39,579 nucleotides of DNA from an uncultured Victivallales bacterium (GTDB lineage: Bacteria > Verrucomicrobiota > Lentisphaeria > Oligosphaerales > JAFGRS01): contig CAIZKT010000170.1 of NCBI GenBank assembly GCA_903933565.1, forward strand, positions 1 through 39,579. Direction: 5' to 3'. The notes below the pieces were generated by a model. It saw nothing but the letters and a program-made list of their open reading frames with translations, ran no database searches and was not told the origin of the DNA. The first letter of the stretch is position 1. Each line of letters opens with the position of its first letter. This document shows, piece by piece, positions 19,901 to 25,720 of this stretch. The translations under genes were made by a program, and so were the position numbers.

Positions 19901-20069
19901 CCGCTTTGAGGTGAAGGGTGACGTCGGCCAACTCGCCGGCAGGCAGGCGCGCTACGATGGCCGCCAGCAGGGCCAGACTTGAGACCCCTATCCGCCGCCA
20001 GCAGCTCCTTCGCACCCAACACCTCCCGCCCCAGCCCGCGAACCCTGGCTCGGCTTGCAGTGCTCCCAT
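10962..20069 (-). CDS. Giant secreted or cell-surface protein (3,035 aa) of unknown function with beta/gamma-crystallin-type and DUF4214-like modules
   Basis: Uninterrupted 9.1-kb ORF with protein-like composition throughout. All plus-strand ORFs over it are R/G/D/H-rich shadows. The N-terminal hydrophobic segment is RRIGVSSLALLAAIVARLPAG. An alternative start, GTG 20015, is preceded by GGGAGG with a 6-nt spacer. Recognised pieces are listed as separate features below. The rest has no family I can name, including long Gly/beta-rich stretches such as GFKGGVGFGGKSFDGTMTV ... GVAGRTLGFEIGMQGPSVFFTLDFGAAGVDVDLAGFF. Confidence 0.85.
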   Translation of the reverse strand: MGALQAEPGFAGWGGRCWVRRSCWRRIGVSSLALLAAIVARLPAGELADVTLHLKAGVNLVSVPLAIDARQRRPDLLFADILPHLEAVAWFDAATQQWQSVSPRAVSWPAVAPPDFAGLSLTVDGDLDWRLVGLAPGPGEPITSALVPGWQCLGVGLVRRNAQTQAWEPGETSLRRLVQEHPEVGLDLEHDQVYTAAGAAPSGAAERLAADDPLRAGRAYWVQRPPPPEPTAAQAATLPRILLGAAAPTGSTPAERDAELARLEATLAGKADAYPKVAEEAVTLGAFVIEKVRYRVDGAGHRLNGLGIVKDLPRSVAALVAVNDDLPFLVDIEFVDNQPRSAFAGGPLLEGDGLTRAVYLAPSRSENGVLNGFARGIPAADLLYLTIAVTDLYPDGFLHIEMEYATGLQGTDAAPGFVEAFTPSGMEQEERSGRIKDETDFYWARFATVFGKQDEESGGGESDVIMSQVWKLPPLAAAADVAESLSAKEQRRTALQDCAAGEWLLNMPESAEEVFEPLPAGKGDTPASFGYDPEKWLVFSRGEASGDQGAERAVMVCTGIERLQILRRLAPGGRSDDLSLPVQDNKLYVDEYGTLWFEDGRARQTRLSWRHGRIEFTDNRWEHIGFWVEYRRGHWLPNMGFTAILASSGTYDDGTQIKDARLDGTLGVDMIMHLRGQAQNLREEGVAVGLFDLISGYFWAMLSGMFHDTIWFPTPDAMKRMAGSSFTLGADLSLDVIEPINKVELVIPIGYRYRVEIIDENHMGVSHWLRSELNLQSESFDTELWLESVYQRFLSRDGQDRNLHTFYVGWTARGNITDKDSPWVGKTVAFEDWAGVKSKPFADADKEITYESEPVFSVHVSDTEPNPVSVEGWSFTPYEFRFAAQTYEFEITNRNWFINTWVATFKHALNRYKFHEGTHIPNCFYVERALLSSRLEAPPEFQPLFGGFTSTLEVEYKEDKPFWAILSGVDRMSMLLQLSFSVGTDDVQCTFDESYMVWQVTPLTIDLAVRGRLIWKGHPMAFEGMLARDADGNWIATLACSDLAAIAGDFEFGRVDSLIVTFPVYLKSAGANQPKGKEFLKHLQLLISGRFDNQEIRDKFGLPDGIELSGMISFPEGDLKSATVTLTAGAIVFQNPAKFAEEFKDIPTLEFEKLSNVVIQTAPGKKSCMVNCDVDLIAKDFVPDPDNTPREQWPRITLGATYTQQYDASGNRIWNVELRGSNLLNFAFNKDRQGANEEDGGIVLKNLHGVVERGGGRTNTWELDATIELILPTRVVQQAHESLCEIPQRLTLVGKYYRTGVRPGWLCGVRLDKKLELAGFDLMLNELILTKQSPWNFGFKGGVGFGGKSFDGTMTVIENGFKFLLPADALMDLKLPGDVGLAVSNFGMAVGKELGLSGDVNLALPRDNPLRAVFGEALKGRLQAGVNGFEVILTVDAARSVDMGPLGQAVFTFDSLKVNSLGAFAGRGRVGVAGRTLGFEIGMQGPSVFFTLDFGAAGVDVDLAGFFKFGVHNKVSYRCIAGAHLVQIDDATIGGGLIPISGFEYHTERLYYVLPVTLPPVGFAFFDSLDGKTYMCGFATNIGFSFPAPTGQDLLTLITFLVDAFNGGEVNWEKLGQLHAPAFGIHDVYLDFPKVPGYMYKEGQWQHTDHVFRSVFGLDRWTFIDRIQLDPGTVVKLASADSIYDVVDVVIPPSAREKQGTLDLRGFRANAGYSIRGDRTLFEEHAVAKLPDLERFVQRVRYVNANTGGDPTELVLRPELDCWSGHDWEMMHRCGHAEKLTPVRDQVSFLTGKWLASAEFTNRNLTVDALRTEAKKVFGAAAVDALYARLAGSGAVTADGLRQALPTDATCLADAVTKYQLQDRVREAFANDSYQAFFGRAADAGGRRYWLRRAFGPCPWIANQGETGHMVYGPYRPVAKGNYQAVFGLRVASHSVTSDVVTLDIAAGLGSQNFASQTLKGTDFAVAGKTENRIVDFTVPADVTDIEFRVRTTGATAVTLDTLRVLAAGSVVTRQVPIGTALGGGSATVRWEGVDIRPELVQLEQLITDLALPANKTWDQHLDVVLTRLKLRDANPEVRDRRLLFAWSPDWRVAVELNRGSRGDINAVHWLDGGLRVRCGRTIVYRDPNFGGSALELTDDRDFNAEPMPDNSISSVKIEGSGQITLYADAKASGTSLTVTRDIADLGTQSFNDQASSVLVFLPIKPYEIKDWRVVATSSSGVVAVLDAGAWETRFPAGERLLWLSVGARLADACSQVRTALGDLRPYPDFFQQPGTWLEGTWNRVMLPLKADGRVDGDATLAFPKYPDSSRTSASHPDWTVAVRPLTDHQGRTISALKLDRTQATLSARYGTVTLFENSNYEGHSTVVTADLPSLVGTEVGDKAASSIRCEGGGTAALYGIDQYRGWREIRRFTLSEVEKRTTNAGAVTGGWRFGSANESRMFRCALSDVPGRYRFVVTCTLQEAGGITVQVPQILGPSRTTTSYPKDSTQMVRLDFVSAAGTKQSVSMTKAQLPVGTPVTFELVADVDQAAMPVTIEMHETWSNEWVLVHNPAVIVYRATPADPLETLTQSDDSLVNNPVGNDQLSSIKVFSPYAIRDSQRYDVSRTLPGGGVLHLTRQEDAPRIGVEMSDTRHRIDCRYDAQGAVQLRITTADSYAFPATGYTLYAGGETFALAQAADAAQHVRVMRRQTQMPEGPLVTQVGDALRTEYQSIKIEPAGPGEPQSKFELPAANGAQLRFLLPPAAGGFSRALVAGSNPEAWWPTYARNDGLTAGIRRPVGTEPGGFSINADVQAGYQDYVNIALRVSGSIETDGKFELRGNGEVMLAGYTLSEAEIVLGSEQGLYIRGKMDLFGVSQVLVEGYLRPDGQFSFTGAASLMVRGSGIRGALTVGNEGLFINGGFYLFDRALRSASFAISRGGKVSYSESLGIGIAGIDYTVWVQFLDALGLGLEGNAWVDLDLPIRIWGPTDWDCCCWDAICWPTDWGWITLGTINAHYDAHFGPWELKTQEISVPLAVGTLKYNLASRQTSVDWR
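12849..13019 (-). other. Beta/gamma-crystallin-type Greek-key module 2 inside the giant ORF
   Basis: GTVTLFENSNYEGHSTVVTADLPSLVGTEVGDKAASSIRCEGGGTAALYGIDQYRGW fits the pattern (x-LYE-x-x-NF-x-G, then ..D..SSI.. and a second strand pair). Confidence 0.5.
13467..13712 (-). other. Beta/gamma-crystallin-type double Greek-key module 1 inside the giant ORF
   Basis: GRTIVYRDPNFGGSALELTDDRDFNAEPMPDNSISSVKIEGSGQITLYADAKASGTSLTVTRDIADLGTQSFNDQASSVLVF. DNSISS and NDQASS match the microbial Ca-binding motif N/D-N/D-x-x-S/T-S. Confidence 0.55.
14397..14485 (-). other. DUF4214-like motif inside the giant ORF
   Basis: DRVREAFANDSYQAFFGRAADAGGRRYWL resembles the DUF4214 core (..lY...LGR..D..G...W). Confidence 0.4.
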
Positions 20070-20097
20070 TGCCTAGTTAAGTTACATTAGATAGTGG

Positions 20098-22929
20098 ATG
20101 GCGACTTTTCAACGCGGCGGAGGACAAGTGGTTCTTTGCGGCCAACGACGTAGGCCCCGCCTGGCGCTGACCCGCGGTTGGGTTGGGGCCGCTCTTCTCC
20201 TTGCCGGTGCCGCTTTCGTCGTGCCCGCCGCGGCCGAACCCCTCGGAGAGTACTTCGTCAACCTGGGCATCATCGAGCGTGGCGCCGGCAAAGTCATGGA
20301 CGACGTGTTCCCGGTCGAGATCCGGCCGTTGCGGGTGAACAACGAGGAACTGCTCACGCGCCTCCGCGGCTTCTCGTTCTATGACGGCGCGACCTACCGC
20401 TTCCTGCAGAAAGGCGCCGACTGGCGGCTGTTCAAGCTCGAGCCCGGCCGGCGGCCGGTCGAGATACGGCTCTACGGGATGATTTTCCCGCCGGCCCAGC
20501 GGGGGCGGATCATGATGCAACTGCGCCGGGTCGCCCCCATGGTCTTCAGCGAGTATGACCTCGAGAACAAACTCGCTCTGATGGGCGTGCTCGGCGTGGC
20601 CGTCAGCGGGGGTGTACTCCATGAGGCCTTCACCGAGGTGTGGAAACCGCCACCGCCCGAGGCCGGCGGGGCGTTTCCACGCGTGCTCCTGACCAATGGC
20701 GAGACGACCCTTGGCCGCTTCGCCTACGACAACTGGCTCGATGAACGCGAACCGGTCATCTTCACGGCCGACGACCGGGTGGCGATGCCGGAGGACCCGA
20801 CCGGGAAGCGCAAGTTCCTCAATGCCCTGATGCTCAAGATTGGCCCCAGTCAGGAGATGATCGACCTAGGTCTGAACAACGAGGACGACGAGATTTTCAT
20901 CTCGAAAGCGGACCGGTGTATCCCGAGCCAACTCAAGGTCGGCGGGGTCACCCTGCAACTGCCGGCCATGAAGGTCCGCTTTGTCTACGTGTCCCAGCGC
21001 GGCGACACCACGGGCTACGGCTCGGCCAAGGCCGCCTTCATCCCCGTGAAGCTCGGCGATGCCTACCTGATTCAGGTCTACCCGGCGGCGCTGACCTCAG
21101 TGTACTGCCTGCTCGGTGCGTTGCGGCGCGAGTTGTACCACGCCCAGTGGTGGAACGCGGTCGCGTATCTGGACGTCTCCGATGTGCGCCAGAACCGTCT
21201 GCGCGAGTTCCTGCTGCGCACGGACTGGTGCGTCTACGAGCAGGAGATTTTCGCCGCCGTCAACGGTGGCAAGACCGAAGTGGTCACCTTCGAGGCCGAC
21301 CAGGCGGCCTTCGACTTCGAGGCGCGCAAGGCCTTTCTGCTGGCCGTGGCGCGGGCCCGGATCAACCCGGAGTCGCTCGAGGCCGCCAGCGCCCTGCCGT
21401 GGACGTCCAATCGAGCCCTGATCATGCCATGCACGGTGCGCAAACTGGCGCCCGACAATACAGAGTTCAATGAACGCACCAGAGAGTGGTTCGCCCGGCA
21501 CGGTTGGCAGTTGCAGTTCAACCGGCGCGGCGGCGCCTTCTGCAGCCTGGCGGTGTTCGAGGCGGCCCCGACCCGGTTCGCGCCCGGCGACCGCGTGCTG
21601 CCGCTGGCCCGTGTCTATGCCGGCACGGTCGACCCGGGCGAGGCCCGGAACCTGCCGACCGCCGCCCGCAACCGCTTCTACGACTATCTGCGCCGGGCCG
21701 TGGCCAGCAACTACACCATGTCGCGGCAGGCGCGCAAGACCGGCCTGGCGTTTGCTCTCGAAGCGCTCAAGGAAGACGTGCGCCGGGCCACTCCTCTGAA
21801 GGATCGCCCCGCGCTGAACTTCGAGCTGCTGGATCGGGTGCATGCCGTCGGTTTCCAGTATTCCGACCCGGACTGGCTGCGGCTGATGGTGGATATCCTC
21901 GACCGCGATTACAGGTCTGCGGGCGGGGACGGCGCCGGCTATTTCGACATCCGGGGTATGACCGACCACCAAGGCGACCCGGCGCGCGCCGCCAACCGGT
22001 TTGTGCCTTCGGACGGCGACATCATGCGCTGCGATCGCCTGGACGAACTCGCCTACAGTTTCGAACGCACGGCGTACTATCAGCCTTGGGTTGCCATTGA
22101 GCCCTACCTGGACAACACGAGCAACTTGTACAAGACCGTGGCGGCAGAGATGAGCCCAGACGACAAATTCACGTTCGACAACGGCGGGGAAAATCTGCGG
22201 TTCGTGAAGCGCATCCATGACGAGTTGCACGAACTGTACATCGCCTTGGTTGGCGATGTGCAGGTGGTGGAAGGCAAGCCCACGGTGCGGAACAACCCCT
22301 GGGAAAACAACACCCGCGGGAGGTACCGGGCCGCCTACGTGGCGTGGCGGAGGCAGAACCCCATGCCGGCCTCTGAGCCGCCGGCCGTGCTTACCGCGCG
22401 GCTGGCCTATGAGGCGGCCGTGCGCACCTTCAGGCAGAGATTGGCCTTGCATATCCAGGTGATTCCCCAAGGAACCACCCGATGGGCGGAGGCCATGATC
22501 GAGGTCTGCCCCAGGGGGACCAAGGCGGGGAGAGCGGCGCGGCGCGAACTCGACTTGTTTCACGACCAAGCGCTGGCGCTCAGCATGGGCGAGAGAGCCC
22601 TTTGCGTGTCGCGCGGGGTCATGACCTGGCGCGAGCTCATCCAGGACTACCTCACCACCGATACCCCGCCCGCCAACAACAGGGCACGGGGCACGTGGCT
22701 GGACCTCGAGGCCTTCTACTGGCGTCGGCCGCTCGACGGCAACCCTCTCGAATTCTGCGACGCGGACGGCAAGGTTTTCGCAGGGGACCGCTTTGCCACC
22801 GTGGACGCCCTGCCGGAAGAGGAGATGCAACTGCCGGAAGAGACCAAAACCGAGGAGAGCAGTTCGGAGGATGACCCGCCCCCGAAGGAAGGGCTCGTCG
22901 TCGAGGTCCAGCCGGAGAAGAAGAACTAG
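20098..22929 (+). CDS. Secreted 943-aa orphan protein with acidic C-terminal tail, no recognisable family
   Basis: N-terminus QRRRPRLALTRGWVGAALLLAGAAFVVPAAAEP is a signal peptide. The composition is protein-like, rich in aromatics and mixed charge. The C-terminus is EEEMQLPEETKTEESSSEDDPPPKEGLVVEVQPEKKN. It is divergent from the giant ORF, and the antisense 577-aa ORF is compositionally junk. Confidence 0.8.
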   Translation: MATFQRGGGQVVLCGQRRRPRLALTRGWVGAALLLAGAAFVVPAAAEPLGEYFVNLGIIERGAGKVMDDVFPVEIRPLRVNNEELLTRLRGFSFYDGATYRFLQKGADWRLFKLEPGRRPVEIRLYGMIFPPAQRGRIMMQLRRVAPMVFSEYDLENKLALMGVLGVAVSGGVLHEAFTEVWKPPPPEAGGAFPRVLLTNGETTLGRFAYDNWLDEREPVIFTADDRVAMPEDPTGKRKFLNALMLKIGPSQEMIDLGLNNEDDEIFISKADRCIPSQLKVGGVTLQLPAMKVRFVYVSQRGDTTGYGSAKAAFIPVKLGDAYLIQVYPAALTSVYCLLGALRRELYHAQWWNAVAYLDVSDVRQNRLREFLLRTDWCVYEQEIFAAVNGGKTEVVTFEADQAAFDFEARKAFLLAVARARINPESLEAASALPWTSNRALIMPCTVRKLAPDNTEFNERTREWFARHGWQLQFNRRGGAFCSLAVFEAAPTRFAPGDRVLPLARVYAGTVDPGEARNLPTAARNRFYDYLRRAVASNYTMSRQARKTGLAFALEALKEDVRRATPLKDRPALNFELLDRVHAVGFQYSDPDWLRLMVDILDRDYRSAGGDGAGYFDIRGMTDHQGDPARAANRFVPSDGDIMRCDRLDELAYSFERTAYYQPWVAIEPYLDNTSNLYKTVAAEMSPDDKFTFDNGGENLRFVKRIHDELHELYIALVGDVQVVEGKPTVRNNPWENNTRGRYRAAYVAWRRQNPMPASEPPAVLTARLAYEAAVRTFRQRLALHIQVIPQGTTRWAEAMIEVCPRGTKAGRAARRELDLFHDQALALSMGERALCVSRGVMTWRELIQDYLTTDTPPANNRARGTWLDLEAFYWRRPLDGNPLEFCDADGKVFAGDRFATVDALPEEEMQLPEETKTEESSSEDDPPPKEGLVVEVQPEKKN

Positions 22930-22980
22930 CTTCTCCCCTCCACGTGTTGACCCGGGGCGCTCCGGGCTGTCAGGAGCAGC

Positions 22981-25626
22981 ATGGCCGCAACGGAGATCAC
23001 ACCCGCCGGTGCCACGTCCGGGCGTCGGCGCTGGCGTCGGCTGGCCGTACCGCTTTTACTGGCGGCGGCCGCTGCTGCGGTCTTCGCGTACGGCGTCTGG
23101 CGTCAGGCCAGTTCGTGCCGGTTCATCCATCCCGTGGCGTGGACCCTGACGGGCGACACGCTCGCTGTGGTCGAGAAGCGCGGGAACACGGTCATCGCGT
23201 TGCAGTGCGCTCCGGGCAGCCACGAGCTCATGGCGAAGACGGTGCGCCGCATCGAGCCCGACGATGCCAGCTTCTACTACATGGTCCGTTCGCTCTTCCC
23301 CGGGACGAACGGCGTGGTGGTGCAGAGCTACGTCTACGAACGGGCCACGCGGCGCTTCGTCGGCTACCGCTTCTCGGAGTATGAGTCCTGGACCGGGCCG
23401 CCACACGTGCTGCTGCGGGTCACCTTCGCACCGGAGCAGCAGTTCCCGGAGTTCATCTACGCTGCCGGCCCGGACGGTTCGCACCTGTTTGCGCATGACC
23501 TGCCGGGGCGCCGCAACCTCTGGCGCCTGCCCGCCGCCGCCGCCGTGGTGGTCGATGCCACGAGCCCCGGCCCCAGCCATGGCGTCCGGGAACTCGGTGA
23601 TCTCAACGACGGGCTTGCCAGTTGGGCGGGCCTTCTGGTGGCGCCTGACGGCAGCATCTTCGCGACCAACCGGGCCAGCGGTCGTGTCGTCGAGTATGCT
23701 CCTGACGGTCAGCGCCGTCGCGAGTTCGGCCAGGTCGGGTTCGCTGAAGGCGAACTGCTCGCGCCGACCGTGCTCAGCATCGCGCCACTGACCCCGGGCG
23801 GGTCGGCCCGCCTGACCGTGGCCAGCACCGGCAACCGGAGCTGGGTCCAATTCGACGAGGCGCGCCGGGCCGCGGCTACGCTGACACTGCTCGGTGATTC
23901 GTATCCCTTTGCCGACCTGCTGATCGGCCCCGTCTATCCGTTACGCGCGGGCGGCGCGCCCTGGACCTTCGACCTGGTGAACCGCGCGGCGGTCCGGCTC
24001 GATGTGAGTCCTGCCCTGTTCCGCACGTACCGGCAGCGGGGGCTCACACCGCCCCCGGCACTGGCCGCCGCCGCGCTCGCCCTGCTCTTGGTCGCCCTCG
24101 CCCTGTACCGCTGGGGGGCCGTGTTGGGGCGGGTGCGCATCCCTCTCTTCGTGAGACTGATGGGGGCCTTTGTGCCGCTTCTCGTCGCCGTTGCCCTCGG
24201 TGTCGGTGAGTGGACGAAGAGTCTGCTGCGCCGGGAGGTTGAGGCCGAGATGGTGCGCCGGTGCGCGAACCTGGCGCATGCCATGATCAGCAGTCTGGAC
24301 CCCGCCGACCTGGCCGCGATCCAGCGGCCCGAAGACCGGGAGGGGGACGCCTATCGCCGCGTGCATGCCACGCTCACGCGCCTGGTCGGCGTCGGCGAGG
24401 TGCCCGACACGCCCAAATGGATCCTGCTGAAACGGCAGCAGGGCCGCTACTACTTCGGGGTCAGCCTGTGGCGCGGCGCCATCTTCGAGCCGTTTGTCCT
24501 CTCTACCGAACAGGGCCATGAGATCCATCTGTGGGCCGCGCGGGAGAAACACCCGGCGCATGGGCGTACGGTGGACGAGCAGGGCGAATGGTTCAGTTAC
24601 GTTTCCCCCGTGCTGAACCCGGCCGGGGGCGTCGACTATCTCCTCGAACTCTACCGCCCGAGCGAGGAGCTGTACCGCGCCGACGCGGAGATAGAGAGGC
24701 GCCTGCTCGAGCTGGTGGCCGTGGCGGTTCTGGCCGGGATCGGCCTGGCCGTTCTCTTCGCCTACGGCGTAACCCGGCCCCTGCGCCATCTGGCTGCCAG
24801 CGCGGACCTGGCGCGACGGGGGCAGTTCGACGGCGCGCTGGCCGTCCGTTCTCTGGACGAGGTGGGGATGCTGGCCAACGCCTTCGACCAGGTGCGCCGG
24901 CAGCGCCAGCGCGCCGAAGACCTGCTGCGCGTGGTGATCCCCATCGGCAGCGCCATGGCCCGGGAACACGAGTTCGACCGCCTGCTGGCCACCATCCTGG
25001 ACCGGGCCCAGGATCTCTGCCGGGCTGACGGCGGCCTGCTTTACCTCCTTCGCGACGGACAGCGTCTGGAGCACGTGCTTCTGCGTCTTAAGCCCGCGGG
25101 TATTATGTTGGGCGGCACCGGCGGTCCGCCGCTTGCGGCGCCGACGCTGGCCCTGGCGGAAACTGCGGGCGAGAGCGTTCCCATCGCGGTGCATGTCGCC
25201 AACACCGGCGCCCCCGTCAACCTGCCCGATGCCGCCCGCGCCGCCGATTCCGGGTTGCGCTTGCCCCCGGTCCTGGCGAGTGTGGCCCCGGACTTCCACC
25301 CCGTCTCCTGGCTCAGCCTGCCGCTCAAGGCGACCGACGGCACGACCATCGGGGTGCTGGAACTGGTCAATGCCCATGAACACCGCTCCGGCGCGCTCGT
25401 CCCGTTCGACGCCGGCATGGAGGAGATGGTCTCCGCTCTGTCCGTACTCGCCGGGGCCGCGCTGGCGGCGTACCTGCGCGAAAAGGCATTGCGGCACGAG
25501 ATTCACGATCTGCGCATCAAGATCGACGAACTGAAGCGCGATCAGGACGTGGAGGCGATCACGGAAAGCGACTATTTCCAAGAGCTGCTGCGCCGGGCCG
25601 ACCAACTGCGTGGCCCGGCGCCCTAG
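22981..25626 (+). CDS. Multi-pass membrane sensor: NHL/propeller-like ectodomain, Cache-like ectodomain, HAMP, GAF, C-terminal coiled coil; no catalytic output domain
   Basis: AGGAG lies 5 nt before the ATG. TM1 is RRLAVPLLLAAAAAAVFAYGVW. An NHL-like repeat is GSIFATNRASGRVVEYAPDGQRRREFG. TM2/3 is ALAAAALALLLVALALY / FVRLMGAFVPLLVAVALGVG. The second ectodomain has GEWFSYVSPVLNPAGGVDYLLELYRP (Cache-like). TM4 is LVAVAVLAGIGLAVLFAYGV. HAMP is TRPLRHLAASADLARRGQFDGALAVRSLDEVGMLANAFDQV. GAF is LLATILDRAQDLCRADGGLLYLL ... WLSLPLKATDGTTIGVLELVNA. The tail is EIHDLRIKIDELKRDQDVEAITESDYFQELLRRADQLR. Confidence 0.8.
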   Translation: MAATEITPAGATSGRRRWRRLAVPLLLAAAAAAVFAYGVWRQASSCRFIHPVAWTLTGDTLAVVEKRGNTVIALQCAPGSHELMAKTVRRIEPDDASFYYMVRSLFPGTNGVVVQSYVYERATRRFVGYRFSEYESWTGPPHVLLRVTFAPEQQFPEFIYAAGPDGSHLFAHDLPGRRNLWRLPAAAAVVVDATSPGPSHGVRELGDLNDGLASWAGLLVAPDGSIFATNRASGRVVEYAPDGQRRREFGQVGFAEGELLAPTVLSIAPLTPGGSARLTVASTGNRSWVQFDEARRAAATLTLLGDSYPFADLLIGPVYPLRAGGAPWTFDLVNRAAVRLDVSPALFRTYRQRGLTPPPALAAAALALLLVALALYRWGAVLGRVRIPLFVRLMGAFVPLLVAVALGVGEWTKSLLRREVEAEMVRRCANLAHAMISSLDPADLAAIQRPEDREGDAYRRVHATLTRLVGVGEVPDTPKWILLKRQQGRYYFGVSLWRGAIFEPFVLSTEQGHEIHLWAAREKHPAHGRTVDEQGEWFSYVSPVLNPAGGVDYLLELYRPSEELYRADAEIERRLLELVAVAVLAGIGLAVLFAYGVTRPLRHLAASADLARRGQFDGALAVRSLDEVGMLANAFDQVRRQRQRAEDLLRVVIPIGSAMAREHEFDRLLATILDRAQDLCRADGGLLYLLRDGQRLEHVLLRLKPAGIMLGGTGGPPLAAPTLALAETAGESVPIAVHVANTGAPVNLPDAARAADSGLRLPPVLASVAPDFHPVSWLSLPLKATDGTTIGVLELVNAHEHRSGALVPFDAGMEEMVSALSVLAGAALAAYLREKALRHEIHDLRIKIDELKRDQDVEAITESDYFQELLRRADQLRGPAP

Positions 25627-25703
25627 CCCGGACTCTCCATGAGGGGTCGGGATCAACCCGATCTTGCGTTCATCCAAGGCTTAGGTCGGCGGCCGCGGAA
25701 CCT

Positions 25704-25718
25704 CCGGCTGGGAGCCGG
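25704..25718. terminator. Small hairpin between convergent genes (weak candidate bidirectional terminator)
   Basis: CCGGCT-GGG-AGCCGG, a 6-bp stem with a 3-nt loop. It sits in the 94-bp gap between the sensor stop (25626) and the redoxin stop (25721). Confidence 0.15.
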
Positions 25719-25720
25719 TA

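Noticed and set aside
13743-19982. Chain of long plus-strand ORFs (593, 518, 312, 460 aa and others) across the giant gene
   Set aside because: All are antisense to the single uninterrupted 9.1-kb ORF. They are dominated by R/G/D/H/V/A runs and contain no motifs, whereas the minus strand contains crystallin and DUF4214 motifs.
21097-22830. 577-aa minus-strand ORF opposite the 943-aa gene
   Set aside because: It has shadow composition (R/G/V/H/P-rich) and no signal or motifs. The plus-strand ORF has a signal peptide and balanced composition.
23941-25677. 578-aa minus-strand ORF opposite the sensor gene
   Set aside because: It is antisense to an ORF with clear TM, HAMP and GAF segments, and its composition is junk.
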